From: a bacterium
GTDB taxonomy: Bacteria > UBA6262 > WVXT01
Direction of reading: 5' to 3'
NCBI GenBank assembly: GCA_046759165.1
Contig: JBHIBS010000002.1
Coordinates: 1 to 59,849 of the forward strand
Length of the DNA stretch: 59,849 bases
The position numbers were made by a program, and so were the translations under genes. Under the pieces are notes generated by a model that was given only the letters and a program-made list of their open reading frames with translations, was not told the DNA's origin and made no database searches. Shown here in pieces: positions 25,058 to 34,271 of this stretch. How positions within the stretch are numbered: position 1 is the first letter of the stretch; the number at the start of each line of letters is the position of its first letter.

Positions 25058-26011
25058 ATGAGAATTAAATTTATTATCAACCCGTGGGCTGGAAAAGGAA
25101 ATACTCAAAGGGTAAGTCAAGCAGTAACTAAATTTTGTAATGAAATTTGGCGAGCTAACCGCACCGAAACAAGTATCAGTTTTACCGACACTCAAGGAGA
25201 AGAAAGCGGCACAAATTTAGCCAGGCAAGCCGCTGAAGATAAATTTAACCGAATTGTCTTTGTGGGCGGAGATGGGCTTTTATACGAAGGGACAAATGGA
25301 ATAATGGAAGCTTACCAGGGCAAGATTTCATCTGGCTTTGCCATAGGAATTGTTCCTACTGGAACCGGTAATAATTTTGCTAAGGGACTAAAAATTCCCC
25401 AAAATGTTCGAAAAGCTCTTGATATAATAAAGGAAGATAAAACCATCTTAGTAGATTTGGGAAAGGCAAATAATAAATTTTTTGTTAATGTAATTAGCTT
25501 TGGTTTTGATGCTCGGGTGGCTGAATTTTTTCAAAAGGTTAAAGAAAAACTCCAGATTTTCCCAAAAGAGGCAGCGTATTTGTTGGGGGCTTTGAAAGAA
25601 ATAGCTTCTGGAATTCAATTTCCACAAGTTAGACTGGAGGGAGAAGAGATAAATTTTGAAAGCAGGGTACTTTTAGTAGCAGTTACTAACAGTCCCTGTT
25701 ACGGAGGAATTTTCAAAATTGCTCCCGGAGCTAAGATGCAAGATGGAATGCTTAATATCTGCTGGATTCAAAAAACAGGAAGATTAAGAATCTTGTTGAA
25801 TCTATATCGGCCTATTCAGGGAACCCATATTTACCTTCCAGAAGTCAAGATGTTCAAAGCCTCCTCTTTTACAATTTCTTCCCCAGAAAAACTTTGTTGC
25901 GAAATAGATGGAGAAACCATGGAAGCTGAGAAGGAATACAAAATTAAGACCTTCCCAGGAGCATTAAGGGTTATCGTTCCTAATTTTAGACAATATGGCA
26001 GAAAAGATTAG
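25058..26011 (+). CDS. diacylglycerol/lipid kinase family protein (YegS-like)
   Basis: VFVGGDGLLYEG and VPTGTGNNFAKG catalytic-domain motifs. Confidence 0.88.
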   Translation: MRIKFIINPWAGKGNTQRVSQAVTKFCNEIWRANRTETSISFTDTQGEESGTNLARQAAEDKFNRIVFVGGDGLLYEGTNGIMEAYQGKISSGFAIGIVPTGTGNNFAKGLKIPQNVRKALDIIKEDKTILVDLGKANNKFFVNVISFGFDARVAEFFQKVKEKLQIFPKEAAYLLGALKEIASGIQFPQVRLEGEEINFESRVLLVAVTNSPCYGGIFKIAPGAKMQDGMLNICWIQKTGRLRILLNLYRPIQGTHIYLPEVKMFKASSFTISSPEKLCCEIDGETMEAEKEYKIKTFPGALRVIVPNFRQYGRKD

Positions 26012-26130
26012 AGAAGGGCTGAAATTCCTGTTAAGGCAGAAGATATTCATGTTTGATTTTAAAAGGTTTTTCCACCGCCAGAAATAGCTAAAAGGAAGTA
26101 AGTATAAACAGACTCTTAAAAGGGGTAATC

Positions 26131-26358
26131 ATGAGAAAGCCCCTTTTGCCAGTTCTGGTTCTTATATTTCTCCTGGTCTTATCTGGTGGGTGCAGGATGG
26201 AGAAAGCTCACCTTATTGTAACTATTGACTGGTATGAATACGATTCCTCTACTGGTGTTATTAATGTGGATATTCGGGTAAGAAACGACGGAGAAAAAGA
26301 TATCGCCTCGGGGCTCTCCTTCTGGACGAGCTTCCTGAATTTTACCGTAACGTCCTAG
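26131..26358 (+). CDS. small putative lipoprotein (possibly truncated)
   Basis: Signal peptide with lipobox LVLSGGC, only 75 aa. Confidence 0.4.
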   Translation: MRKPLLPVLVLIFLLVLSGGCRMEKAHLIVTIDWYEYDSSTGVINVDIRVRNDGEKDIASGLSFWTSFLNFTVTS

Positions 26359-26431
26359 GAATAATACCACAAATTGACCTTATAAGAACCATTCTACATA
26401 TCAGTTCGTGCTACAAGGCAGACTCGTAGCC

Positions 26432-26529
26432 TAGGGTGAAACGCCGAGAAAAAACAGGCCTAAGATAGAGGAAAATCCTAAATTTACTTGAGTTTGCAAG
26501 TGGGTTTGGGATTTCTTATTTTATGGGAA
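26432..26529 (+). repeat. AATCCTAAAT hairpin repeat, copy c (terminator-like)
   Basis: Stem 26474-26490 with 26497-26513, then a T-rich tract. Shares the flanking GTGAAACG...AAAAAAC and ATTTTATGGGAA with copy b. Confidence 0.75.
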
Positions 26530-26831
26530 CTTAAAAGCTGGAATGGTAGATTTTTCTTGCATCGGACAGGTTTCATTTACTATAATATTCGCCCACATAA
26601 AAGCGAGACTCAAATCTATATAATTAAGCGGAGGTCGTCAACATATCCTTGGTTCCCTGCGGGCTCATGACTTACAGGTTAACAAAGGATTTACGGCTTG
26701 TACAGAATCAATTAGCCACCGCAGGACTCAGATAACATGAGGTTTTCAGGAACTGTTTACAGAATAATTGGATATACATGGAATAAAATAGGAATTGGCT
26801 GAATGGAGGGATTGCGGAGGAAAACTTTACA

Positions 26832-27542
26832 ATGAAAAATAAGGATCCTTCTTTTTTTAAAACCACAGAAGGATTTGTCTTTTTGCTTGGCTGTGGCTTT
26901 CTTATAACTGAAATAATCCTTTTTATTCTATTTGGACCCTATATTCCTCAATTAAAAGAGCATTTGCTCCCAGTTATCCTTGCTGACCTGTTAGGAGGAA
27001 GAGGTGCTAGTATCTCCTTAGGACTGCAACTGGGATTGTCCCAATTCCAGGTTGCTTTTATCTCGGTCGTCTTTAACTTGACTTATCTTTTTATTCTTTA
27101 TCCATTGATAATGTATTTTTATGAACAAATAATAGAGCTAAAATTTATTGGAAAAGTATTCAGCCTAACCGAAAGGACCGCTGAGAAACATCAGTCTAAA
27201 ATAGAAAAATGGGGTGCTCTGGGAATAGCAGTTTTTGTCTGGGTTCCTCTGTTTTCTACGGGTTCTCTGGTTGGGGCAATTATCGGAACATTGATCGGTA
27301 TGCGTACAAGTGTTGTAATCTGTGTAGTAATTTTAGCGATGGTTACTAGCGCCGTATCCTGGGCATTTGCTTTTGATCATCTGTTTGAATTCGCTGCAGG
27401 AGCAGGGAAAATCATCCCTTCGATATTCGTTGGTTTAATTTTAGGGATAGTGGTCTTTCACCGCTTGTATCAACTTTACCATTTAGCTAAACAGAAGATA
27501 AAATCAAAAAAGGATTCTCCTTCGGATATTCATGGAAAGTAG
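26832..27542 (+). CDS. multi-TM membrane protein, Sm_multidrug_ex-like
   Basis: KWGALGIAVFVWVPLFSTGSLVGAIIG motif; third paralogue of this architecture in the window. Confidence 0.65.
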   Translation: MKNKDPSFFKTTEGFVFLLGCGFLITEIILFILFGPYIPQLKEHLLPVILADLLGGRGASISLGLQLGLSQFQVAFISVVFNLTYLFILYPLIMYFYEQIIELKFIGKVFSLTERTAEKHQSKIEKWGALGIAVFVWVPLFSTGSLVGAIIGTLIGMRTSVVICVVILAMVTSAVSWAFAFDHLFEFAAGAGKIIPSIFVGLILGIVVFHRLYQLYHLAKQKIKSKKDSPSDIHGK

Positions 27543-27727
27543 CTTCTATATTTTGAAGAATAAACTTTATGCTTGAGTTAATTATTGTGATTTTTCTTCT
27601 TTTCCCGAAGTCAAAGAAGCTGGTATAGAGATTAAGGTAGCCAGGAGAAAAGACACCACTTATTTATTATGTAGATAATGAGGAATATTCTAGTGGGAAA
27701 AGAGGAGATATCCCAATGAATACTTTA

Positions 27728-27757
27728 TTGACAGAAACCTTGAAAATGTGGTATAAA
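27728..27757 (+). promoter_or_regulatory. extended -10 promoter upstream of tRNA-Arg (TTGACA-N18-TATAAA preceded by TGG)
   Basis: TTGACA at 27728-27733 and TG-G-TATAAA at 27749-27757, about 70 nt before the tRNA. Confidence 0.5.
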
Positions 27758-27826
27758 AAATCAGGAACAGAAACCCACGTCTTGCTTTTTAAAAAAGGCG
27801 CTTCGAGGAGTATAATAAAATCAAAT

Positions 27827-27900
27827 GCCCTCGTAGCTCAGCAGGACAGAGCAGCGGTTTCCTAAACCGCGTGTCGGACGTTCGAGTCGTCCCGGGGGCA
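27827..27900 (+). tRNA. tRNA-Arg (anticodon CCT)
   Basis: Acceptor GCCCTCG/CGGGGGC, anticodon arm GCGGT-UUCCUAA-ACCGC, T arm GGACG-TTCGAGT-CGTCC. Confidence 0.93.
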
Positions 27901-27986
27901 TTTATTTTCAAGGTTTTTTCTGAAACACAATTCGGGCAAATTTGGGGTGGTAGAAATGAGGGTTTCATGAGAAAAGGGGGAGGAAA

Positions 27987-28193
27987 ATGTTATTTTATTT
28001 ATGTTGCAACTGTCAGTACTTTGTGGCAGTAGACACAGAAGAAAAAAAGGACTACAGTCATTGTCCTAAATGTGGCTCTTTTCTCTTAAAGGAATGCACA
28101 AAATGTAAAAAACCAATATTAGAAGCAGTACGCTTTTGTCCGTTTTGTGGGAAACTAATCAGCGAGGCGCTGGAGAGAAGGAGATCGTCTTAG
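27987..28193 (+). CDS. double zinc-ribbon protein
   Basis: CCNC...CPKCG...CTKC...CPFCG in 68 aa. SD GGGGGAGGAAA lies upstream. Confidence 0.65.
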   Translation: MLFYLCCNCQYFVAVDTEEKKDYSHCPKCGSFLLKECTKCKKPILEAVRFCPFCGKLISEALERRRSS

Positions 28194-28387
28194 AAAAGAT
28201 GGATAAATTGAAGGTTTGGCCCCATAAAATTTGCAGTTTAAGAGAGGTTTTTGATGCGATAATGGAATAAAAAGCATCACTTCTCGGAATCAGTAGAATA
28301 TCCCATTTAAACAGTTTTCTCTCTATGGATTTTATTTTTTGATGAAATCCAAAGACCCCCAAAAAATTTGTAAAATAAAGAATCAGG

Positions 28388-29113
28388 ATGATAAAAATGA
28401 AAATTAGTGACAGAATGGTGAGCAGTGTGCCGTCTCAATCAACATCAAATGTGAATTTCAGACTGTTAAGACAATATGTCAAGGTCTCATTCATTGATGA
28501 AAAAATCAACGCAGTGAAAAAGCAGAAAGAACAATGGCTTTCTGCTGAAAAGACTCCCAAGAAGATTGCAGAAGTAAAAAGAGACCTTCGAAAGTGTGTG
28601 GAAGGATATGTTGCAAAAGCAAAAAAGGATTTGGAAACTGCAATTGGGCTGGTTCAAAAAGGAGCGGAGAGAATTGACGTAGTGGCAGAAGCACTCCAAC
28701 AGTATACTTCAATAAAGCATTTATTAAAAGAAATTCACCTTCCGAAATCCACTAAACAAAAAGGAGTTTCGCAAGAAAAGAGGGAAGCGGAAATAAAGAG
28801 ATGTGAAGCGAAATTAGAAAAATTAAATAAGCAGAAGGGAAGACTCTTTCCATTAGGAATGATGGATTGGGTGGACAAGATGGCTGAGTTCGTTGAGGAA
28901 TGGAAGAAGATTGCCCCATACTTCGTGAACCCTGTGGACGCTGGAGGAAGATATTTGAGCAAGAAAGACCCCAGTGACAAGGAATGGCTCGAAATATATG
29001 ACAAGCTCAAGTTGGGAAATATCCCAAAATATCGGCTTATGAGGCCTATCTATATTGATGGGGAAGAATTTCAAATCCATCCTGGCTATGAGTTTGAGCG
29101 AAAGAAAAAATAG
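28388..29113 (+). CDS. hypothetical coiled-coil protein (orphan)
   Basis: 241 aa, Lys/Glu-rich helical middle, C-terminal YIDGEEFQIHPGYEF. No family recognised. Confidence 0.6.
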   Translation: MIKMKISDRMVSSVPSQSTSNVNFRLLRQYVKVSFIDEKINAVKKQKEQWLSAEKTPKKIAEVKRDLRKCVEGYVAKAKKDLETAIGLVQKGAERIDVVAEALQQYTSIKHLLKEIHLPKSTKQKGVSQEKREAEIKRCEAKLEKLNKQKGRLFPLGMMDWVDKMAEFVEEWKKIAPYFVNPVDAGGRYLSKKDPSDKEWLEIYDKLKLGNIPKYRLMRPIYIDGEEFQIHPGYEFERKKK

Positions 29114-29305
29114 AATGAATTGGGAAGACGATAGGACTAAAAGATATCTGTTAAAAGCTACATTTTGGCTGTCCATGGCATTAGTCAATAGAAATGGCTT
29201 TCCGCTATGCCCATAAATGGCCAAAAATTGCCGTAATTTACCAAAAGATAATTTTGCCAAATATAGAAAATACTATAAAATTATCGATTTTGCCTGTCAT
29301 TTTGG

Positions 29306-29962
29306 ATGATTGACCTTCACACACACTCCTTCTTTTCTGATGGTTCATTGGTCCCTTCGGAACTTGTTTTTCGGGCGAAGAATAAGGGTTACGATGGAAT
29401 AGCCATTACCGACCATATTGACATGTCTAATCTCGATTTCGTAATTCCGCGCATCGTTAAGATTTCTTCTATTCTCACTTCTGAGTATAAAATAGAAGTC
29501 ATTCCCGGTGCAGAACTGACCTATGTTCCTCCTGAATTAATCTTCCGGGTTGCTGAGCAATGTAGAGAGTTGGGAGCAAAAATTATTTTGGTGCACGGAG
29601 AAACCACAGTTGAACCTGTGCCTCCTGGCACTAATCGGGCTGCCTTATCCAGCAAGATAGACATACTTTCTCATCCCGGAAAAATAAGTGGTGAACAGGT
29701 AGAATTGGCAAAAGAGAACAGTATATTTCTTGAGATTACTTCCCGGAAGGGACATTCTCTAACCAATCAACACGTCGGGACTTTAGCGAAAGAGAGGGGA
29801 GGGAAGCTGCTTTTTAACACGGATGCGCATGAACCAGAAGACTTGATTAATGACCAGGAGGCCTTGGAAGTCGTTAAGAGAGCAGGAATGAGGAAAGAAG
29901 ACCTGGATGAGATGTTCGAAAACGCCAGGTCATTAATTCGTAAAGCACTAAAAGGAGCTTGA
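29306..29962 (+). CDS. PHP-domain phosphoesterase
   Basis: IDLHTHSFFSDG, ITDH, VHGE and NTDAH metal-ligand motifs. Confidence 0.8.
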   Translation: MIDLHTHSFFSDGSLVPSELVFRAKNKGYDGIAITDHIDMSNLDFVIPRIVKISSILTSEYKIEVIPGAELTYVPPELIFRVAEQCRELGAKIILVHGETTVEPVPPGTNRAALSSKIDILSHPGKISGEQVELAKENSIFLEITSRKGHSLTNQHVGTLAKERGGKLLFNTDAHEPEDLINDQEALEVVKRAGMRKEDLDEMFENARSLIRKALKGA

Positions 29963-30628
29963 ATGCCTCGTAAATGGGTAAAGGAAGAGCTTAAAAAGGA
30001 TCGTTTGGTGAACTGGGTGGAAAGGTCCGTTACCTGGGTCAACCGGAATAGGGAGAATGCTATAATCGGCGGAATAGTTATCCTCGCTGTTGCGATTTTT
30101 ATTCCCTTCTCATTGTCCCATCGTGCCAAGTTGAATGAACAGGCATTTAGCCTTTTGGCGAGAGGACAACAGGAATATTTTGAGAATCGGCTGGATAAAG
30201 CTATCTCTTTCTATGACCAAGTGTTGACTCGCTCTGGCTCAAAGGCTATTCCATTCGTCCTCTTCTATAAAGGTAATGTCCTCTATGAAATGGGGAAGTA
30301 CAGCGAAGCCGCCTCTATCTATAGAAGGTATCTGGATAAATATGAAACCAGAAAGTTCACACCTGAAGTTCTAATAGGCCTTGGTAATAGTCTTGAACAA
30401 CAAGGAAAATTCGACGAAGCTAAGGAAATTTACCAGAAATTTCTGGATAAGTTCCCCCAGCACTATCTTTTGCCTGGCGTTTACCAGGGCTTGGGAAGGT
30501 GCTATGAGAAACTGGGACAGAAAGATGAAGCAATTAAAATCTATCAACAGATGTCCCGTTTCTACTCAGGTTGGGTCTGGCAAGATATGGCCGAGGCGAA
30601 AATAGAAACATTATCGCCTAAGCCATGA
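29963..30628 (+). CDS. membrane-anchored tetratricopeptide repeat protein
   Basis: One TM then TPR-like repeats (YYKGNVLYEMGKYSEAASIYRRY..., LGNSLEQQGKFDEAKEIYQKF...). Confidence 0.75.
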   Translation: MPRKWVKEELKKDRLVNWVERSVTWVNRNRENAIIGGIVILAVAIFIPFSLSHRAKLNEQAFSLLARGQQEYFENRLDKAISFYDQVLTRSGSKAIPFVLFYKGNVLYEMGKYSEAASIYRRYLDKYETRKFTPEVLIGLGNSLEQQGKFDEAKEIYQKFLDKFPQHYLLPGVYQGLGRCYEKLGQKDEAIKIYQQMSRFYSGWVWQDMAEAKIETLSPKP

Positions 30629-30743
30629 ACTGAATATAGGTTAGATTCTCTCAAGAGGAAAATTCGAGTTTTTTCTTGACTTTTTCCTCTTTTTTTTGAT
30701 AACGTATTTTTTAATATAACCTCCATAAATAAGGAGAGATTAT

Positions 30744-31922
30744 TTGAAACGAACCATTCTATTTCTTCTTCTACTTTCTATCCTTCAGATTTCTGTTCAA
30801 GTTTCTCTGGCGGGCGTGAGAGTGGGAGAAGAGGTCAGGATAAGGTGGGTCCCGATAAGCAATGGAGATAACAGCTACTTCTATCAAAGAACGAGATTCT
30901 TTATACAAGGACTTTTAGCAGAGGGAGTTATAATTGGGGTAAAGTTACAATCGAGAGGTTTCTGGGGCGTTGACACTTCGACAGTAACCATTGAGGGATT
31001 GACTCGCAGGAATATGCTGCCCTGGATTGAGAATGCCTATGTGAAAGTTGATGAATTTTTTGGACTTCCCTTGTATTTAGCTTTTGGAAGGCAACCTCTC
31101 CGATACGGAGATGGGCTATTGGTCGATGATAATGCGTCAGGTTATGATGCCATTAAATTATCCGCCTTTTTGCCCTGGCGTATCGATTCCGAGCTAATAA
31201 TCTTAAAGCCTACTGAAGCAAATGGAGTTAGCCCTAATAACTGGAAACAGAAGAACGCTTATGGACTATTCTTTAGGAGAAGATGGAAAAGGATTACTCC
31301 CCAAATTTCTGGTTTCTGGCAAAGAGACCGAATTATCGGTGTTGATAAGAACTTTCTGGGTCTCTATTTGAGCGGAAAACTCCGAAAGGGAGTGGACTGT
31401 CGGGGTGGCATAGTCACCCAGTCGGGAAAGGGGGGAGGAAGAGACTATAAAGGTCTAGCTTATATGTTAGCTGCAAACTTTAAAGCTGATACCAGATTTG
31501 GTAAAGGTATGGTAGTCTGTGAATACTTCGTTGGTAGTGGAGAAGAGGTCCCAATTACAGGAAAGGATGAAAATTTCTTTTCAGACTACGGTCATTTATC
31601 AGAACAAGAGTATGGTGAATATTATATCCAAAATAGAAGCAAGGTCAGGGACGGAGATCCAGATTATGGAATTGCTAACTTGAAGATATTTAAATTGGGA
31701 GCCTCCATCTTGCCAATTCCTAAATTAAGAGCCGGGCTTAATTATTTCATCTACAATTCTCAGACTCCTAAAGGAGACATAGGAGATGAAGTAGACCTCT
31801 TCGTTAAATACAAGTATTCAGGAAATCTTTCGCTTCGCCTGGTGTACGGCGCCTTTATGGCAGGAAAGATTGCTGAGAATAGTGCAGATAAAGTTCTGGG
31901 GGAGGTGATGGTGAAATTCTGA
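30744..31922 (+). CDS. putative outer-membrane beta-barrel (porin-like) protein
   Basis: Signal peptide ending SLA, alternating beta-strand pattern, C-terminal ...VMVKF. TTG start after AAGGAGAG. Confidence 0.7.
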   Translation: MKRTILFLLLLSILQISVQVSLAGVRVGEEVRIRWVPISNGDNSYFYQRTRFFIQGLLAEGVIIGVKLQSRGFWGVDTSTVTIEGLTRRNMLPWIENAYVKVDEFFGLPLYLAFGRQPLRYGDGLLVDDNASGYDAIKLSAFLPWRIDSELIILKPTEANGVSPNNWKQKNAYGLFFRRRWKRITPQISGFWQRDRIIGVDKNFLGLYLSGKLRKGVDCRGGIVTQSGKGGGRDYKGLAYMLAANFKADTRFGKGMVVCEYFVGSGEEVPITGKDENFFSDYGHLSEQEYGEYYIQNRSKVRDGDPDYGIANLKIFKLGASILPIPKLRAGLNYFIYNSQTPKGDIGDEVDLFVKYKYSGNLSLRLVYGAFMAGKIAENSADKVLGEVMVKF

Positions 31923-31994
31923 TGCCCACTACAGGGATTAATCCTGTGAATACAGCTGCACAATTAAGACAAAATTCTGGAGGAAGGAGGCAAA

Positions 31995-32519
31995 ATGAAA
32001 AAAGTAGTAGCGGGTTTGGTAACGGTAAGTATTCTCCTCAGTTTGCCACTCAAGGGGGAAGCGGTCAATCTGAAAAGGAGAGTGGGAGTGGGTTATTCTG
32101 CTCTTTCACCTCTGTCCGGCTGGTCTATCAGGTATTGGTTGACTGGAGATCTTGCTGTAAATGGAATCATTGATTTCCATTTCGAGACGGATAGAAACGA
32201 ATTTCTTTTAGGTGGCAGAATAATCTATAAGGCTAAGGACGAGAGGAACCTGAATTTGTATCTGGGTGGAGAAATTGGTGTAGACTTAAGACAGAACAGG
32301 AATGATAATTTTTCCGTAGGTCCATTTGCCGGAGTAGAGTACTTCATGATGCGGCTTCCCAATTTGGGCCTCGGAGCAGAAATCGGCGCCTATTATCAGA
32401 GCGCCGATTCGGCCTTTGCAACAGCTTTTAGTCGGGTTGTTATGCATTACTACTTTGGTGCCCCGAAAGAAGTTGAAAAGCCGAAAAAGGAGAAAGAGAA
32501 GCCTGCTAAGAAGAAGTAA
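31995..32519 (+). CDS. small outer-membrane beta-barrel protein with a Lys-rich tail
   Basis: Signal peptide, Gly/aromatic-rich strands, tail PKKEKEKPAKKK. Confidence 0.6.
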   Translation: MKKVVAGLVTVSILLSLPLKGEAVNLKRRVGVGYSALSPLSGWSIRYWLTGDLAVNGIIDFHFETDRNEFLLGGRIIYKAKDERNLNLYLGGEIGVDLRQNRNDNFSVGPFAGVEYFMMRLPNLGLGAEIGAYYQSADSAFATAFSRVVMHYYFGAPKEVEKPKKEKEKPAKKK

Positions 32520-32683
32520 GAACGCCTCAAAATAAGAATTTATATTTCATTTCTATGACACGGTGGCCTGCTTAGACGACCTTCCTAAGATTTATGTAAA
32601 TCTCAATTTAGGGAGGACTTTTCGCTCGAGTATTGGTCAGTCTGAGAACTTCCCGGAATTTTCGTTATAAGGAGGTGAGAAAA

Positions 32684-32881
32684 ATGGTGGCTTGGGCGTT
32701 CTGGCTTCTTATGATCCTTTTGGCACTACTTCTGATCCTGGGTGCGCTATTTGCTCTCAGCGAGTTCCGAAAAAGTGGCAAATTTGGCAGTATCGTCGTT
32801 CATTACATTCTTTTGGTAGTTCTCACGATACTTGTCCTAAGGCTGGTTTTTGCGGTTTTTGCCCTGGCAGTGCCTCTTTGA
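32684..32881 (+). CDS. 65-aa two-TM membrane protein
   Basis: The ATG follows AAGGAGGTGAGAAAA; the sequence is almost entirely hydrophobic. The ORF track starts at 32633. Confidence 0.55.
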   Translation: MVAWAFWLLMILLALLLILGALFALSEFRKSGKFGSIVVHYILLVVLTILVLRLVFAVFALAVPL

Positions 32882-33194
32882 GAAAAAATGGCCATTTATC
32901 GGGTATCCACCATAAAACAGGCTCATATTTGCGTTTTAAGGCACTTTTTCCCAGAAAACGGATAAAGATGCCTTTTGATTGATTTCATGCCCTATTTTCA
33001 AGCAGACCCGTCAAAACGGGGTTCATAACGGTCTTGTTCTCGTGACGACCCCTAAGTGACTCGCATATCGCTATTTTGACTAACCACAAATTCAATTTGT
33101 GCCTATCCCGATTCATCCGGACTGGGCTCCTTTCAGTTGCTGGCAATCACATCCGTGGGCACCATCTCAAATTGCGCGCAGGATATTGACTCTT

Positions 33195-33473
33195 ATGGAA
33201 AAAGAAATTCAAGAACTCAAGAAACTCCACCAATTCTACATGTATCACGATTATAAGACCGGTGAGATAGCGAGGTACCTGAAAGTGAGTAGAAGGACAG
33301 TGCAGCGCTGGTTAACCGGGAAAACTAGACCCAGCGAGGAAAAATTAAAGGAGATAAAGAAACTACTCGACGAGAAAAAGCCACAGATAGATAGGAATTT
33401 TTATCAAAATTTTTTCAATTTCCCTGTCGCACCTGTATATATAATCTTTATTATGTTAACTTTTAACCTCTAA
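33195..33473 (+). CDS. small HTH-domain protein
   Basis: TGEIARYLKVSRRTVQRWLTG helix-turn-helix. An orphan gene in a repeat-rich spacer. The ORF track starts at 33099. Confidence 0.5.
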   Translation: MEKEIQELKKLHQFYMYHDYKTGEIARYLKVSRRTVQRWLTGKTRPSEEKLKEIKKLLDEKKPQIDRNFYQNFFNFPVAPVYIIFIMLTFNL

Positions 33474-33738
33474 AATAACTTCAAGCAAATTGTAAGTTTT
33501 TATTTAAATAGCAAATAATTTCAAATTGAAGTAGATAGATATTTATGAGCTACTTTAAATTTTGCAGCTAAACGGGAGAAATCTCTCTTTTTTGTGAACT
33601 TTTGATGATGGTGGGAATTCTTCCTTTTTTGCCGGTTCTCAATTTGGTTGATTTCCTGGGGTAGGGTCGCCAAGGTTTACCTTTTTAAGGAAGGAGAAAA
33701 ATCGCCCAGTGCAGGGCAAAGGTCCGTGTATTGAAGAA

Positions 33739-33870
33739 TTAAACTTCTTCCCTCTCTTCTCGGTCGTTTTTTCTCTTCAACTCCTCAGCTATACGTTCTA
33801 AAGCTTTTGAAAAACGGTCGAGCATATTCTTGAGGACCTCAAGCTGTTTTGGATCAAGGTTGATTTTCAT
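33739..33870 (-). CDS. possible 43-aa charged helical peptide
   Basis: MKINLDPKQLEVLKNMLDRFSKALERIAEELKRKNDREEREEV, 48 nt downstream of the 71-aa gene. The SD is weak. Confidence 0.25.
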   Translation of the reverse strand: MKINLDPKQLEVLKNMLDRFSKALERIAEELKRKNDREEREEV

Positions 33871-33918
33871 TTTGAACCTTTCGGAAGGTGGAAAAGGGCT
33901 TGAGTACTGGCAGGTCAA

Positions 33919-34134
33919 TTATTGACCTAATCCTCCAGCCTTTTCCAGACAACTACTGCATGCCTTGAGGATCTCTTCCTTTTGAAGGCTGTGCTCTTTT
34001 CTTATCCTCTGGATCATATCGGCTCTCCCGGAGGATAGGGCAAAGCAACAGGAAAGGCAAATAACCTTATTTATCATTGGACACATGGCTGTTTTCTGTA
34101 CCTCTTTCTCGCAGATGGCACACACTTGTCGCAT
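33919..34134 (-). CDS. 71-aa cysteine-rich protein downstream of cstA
   Basis: CAIC...CP...CLSCC...CSSC pattern. SD AAGGGGA lies upstream. Confidence 0.55.
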   Translation of the reverse strand: MRQVCAICEKEVQKTAMCPMINKVICLSCCFALSSGRADMIQRIRKEHSLQKEEILKACSSCLEKAGGLGQ

Positions 34135-34271
34135 AGATTCCCCTTTTCAGGCTCATTTTATCTTCTTTCAAATAGCCACATTTCTATTCCTACAGTAAAA
34201 AGGGCCAAAATTGAGCCAGAACACGCCAGCTAAGCAAATAAGTGGCTCAGACCTTCAAAGAATCGACTTTC

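Noticed and set aside
26560-26831. Riboswitch (for example guanidine or fluoride type) upstream of the Sm_multidrug_ex-like membrane gene.
   Set aside because: None of the conserved cores I can recall for ykkC, mini-ykkC (ACGR loops) or crcB motifs is present. It is kept only as a generic long leader.
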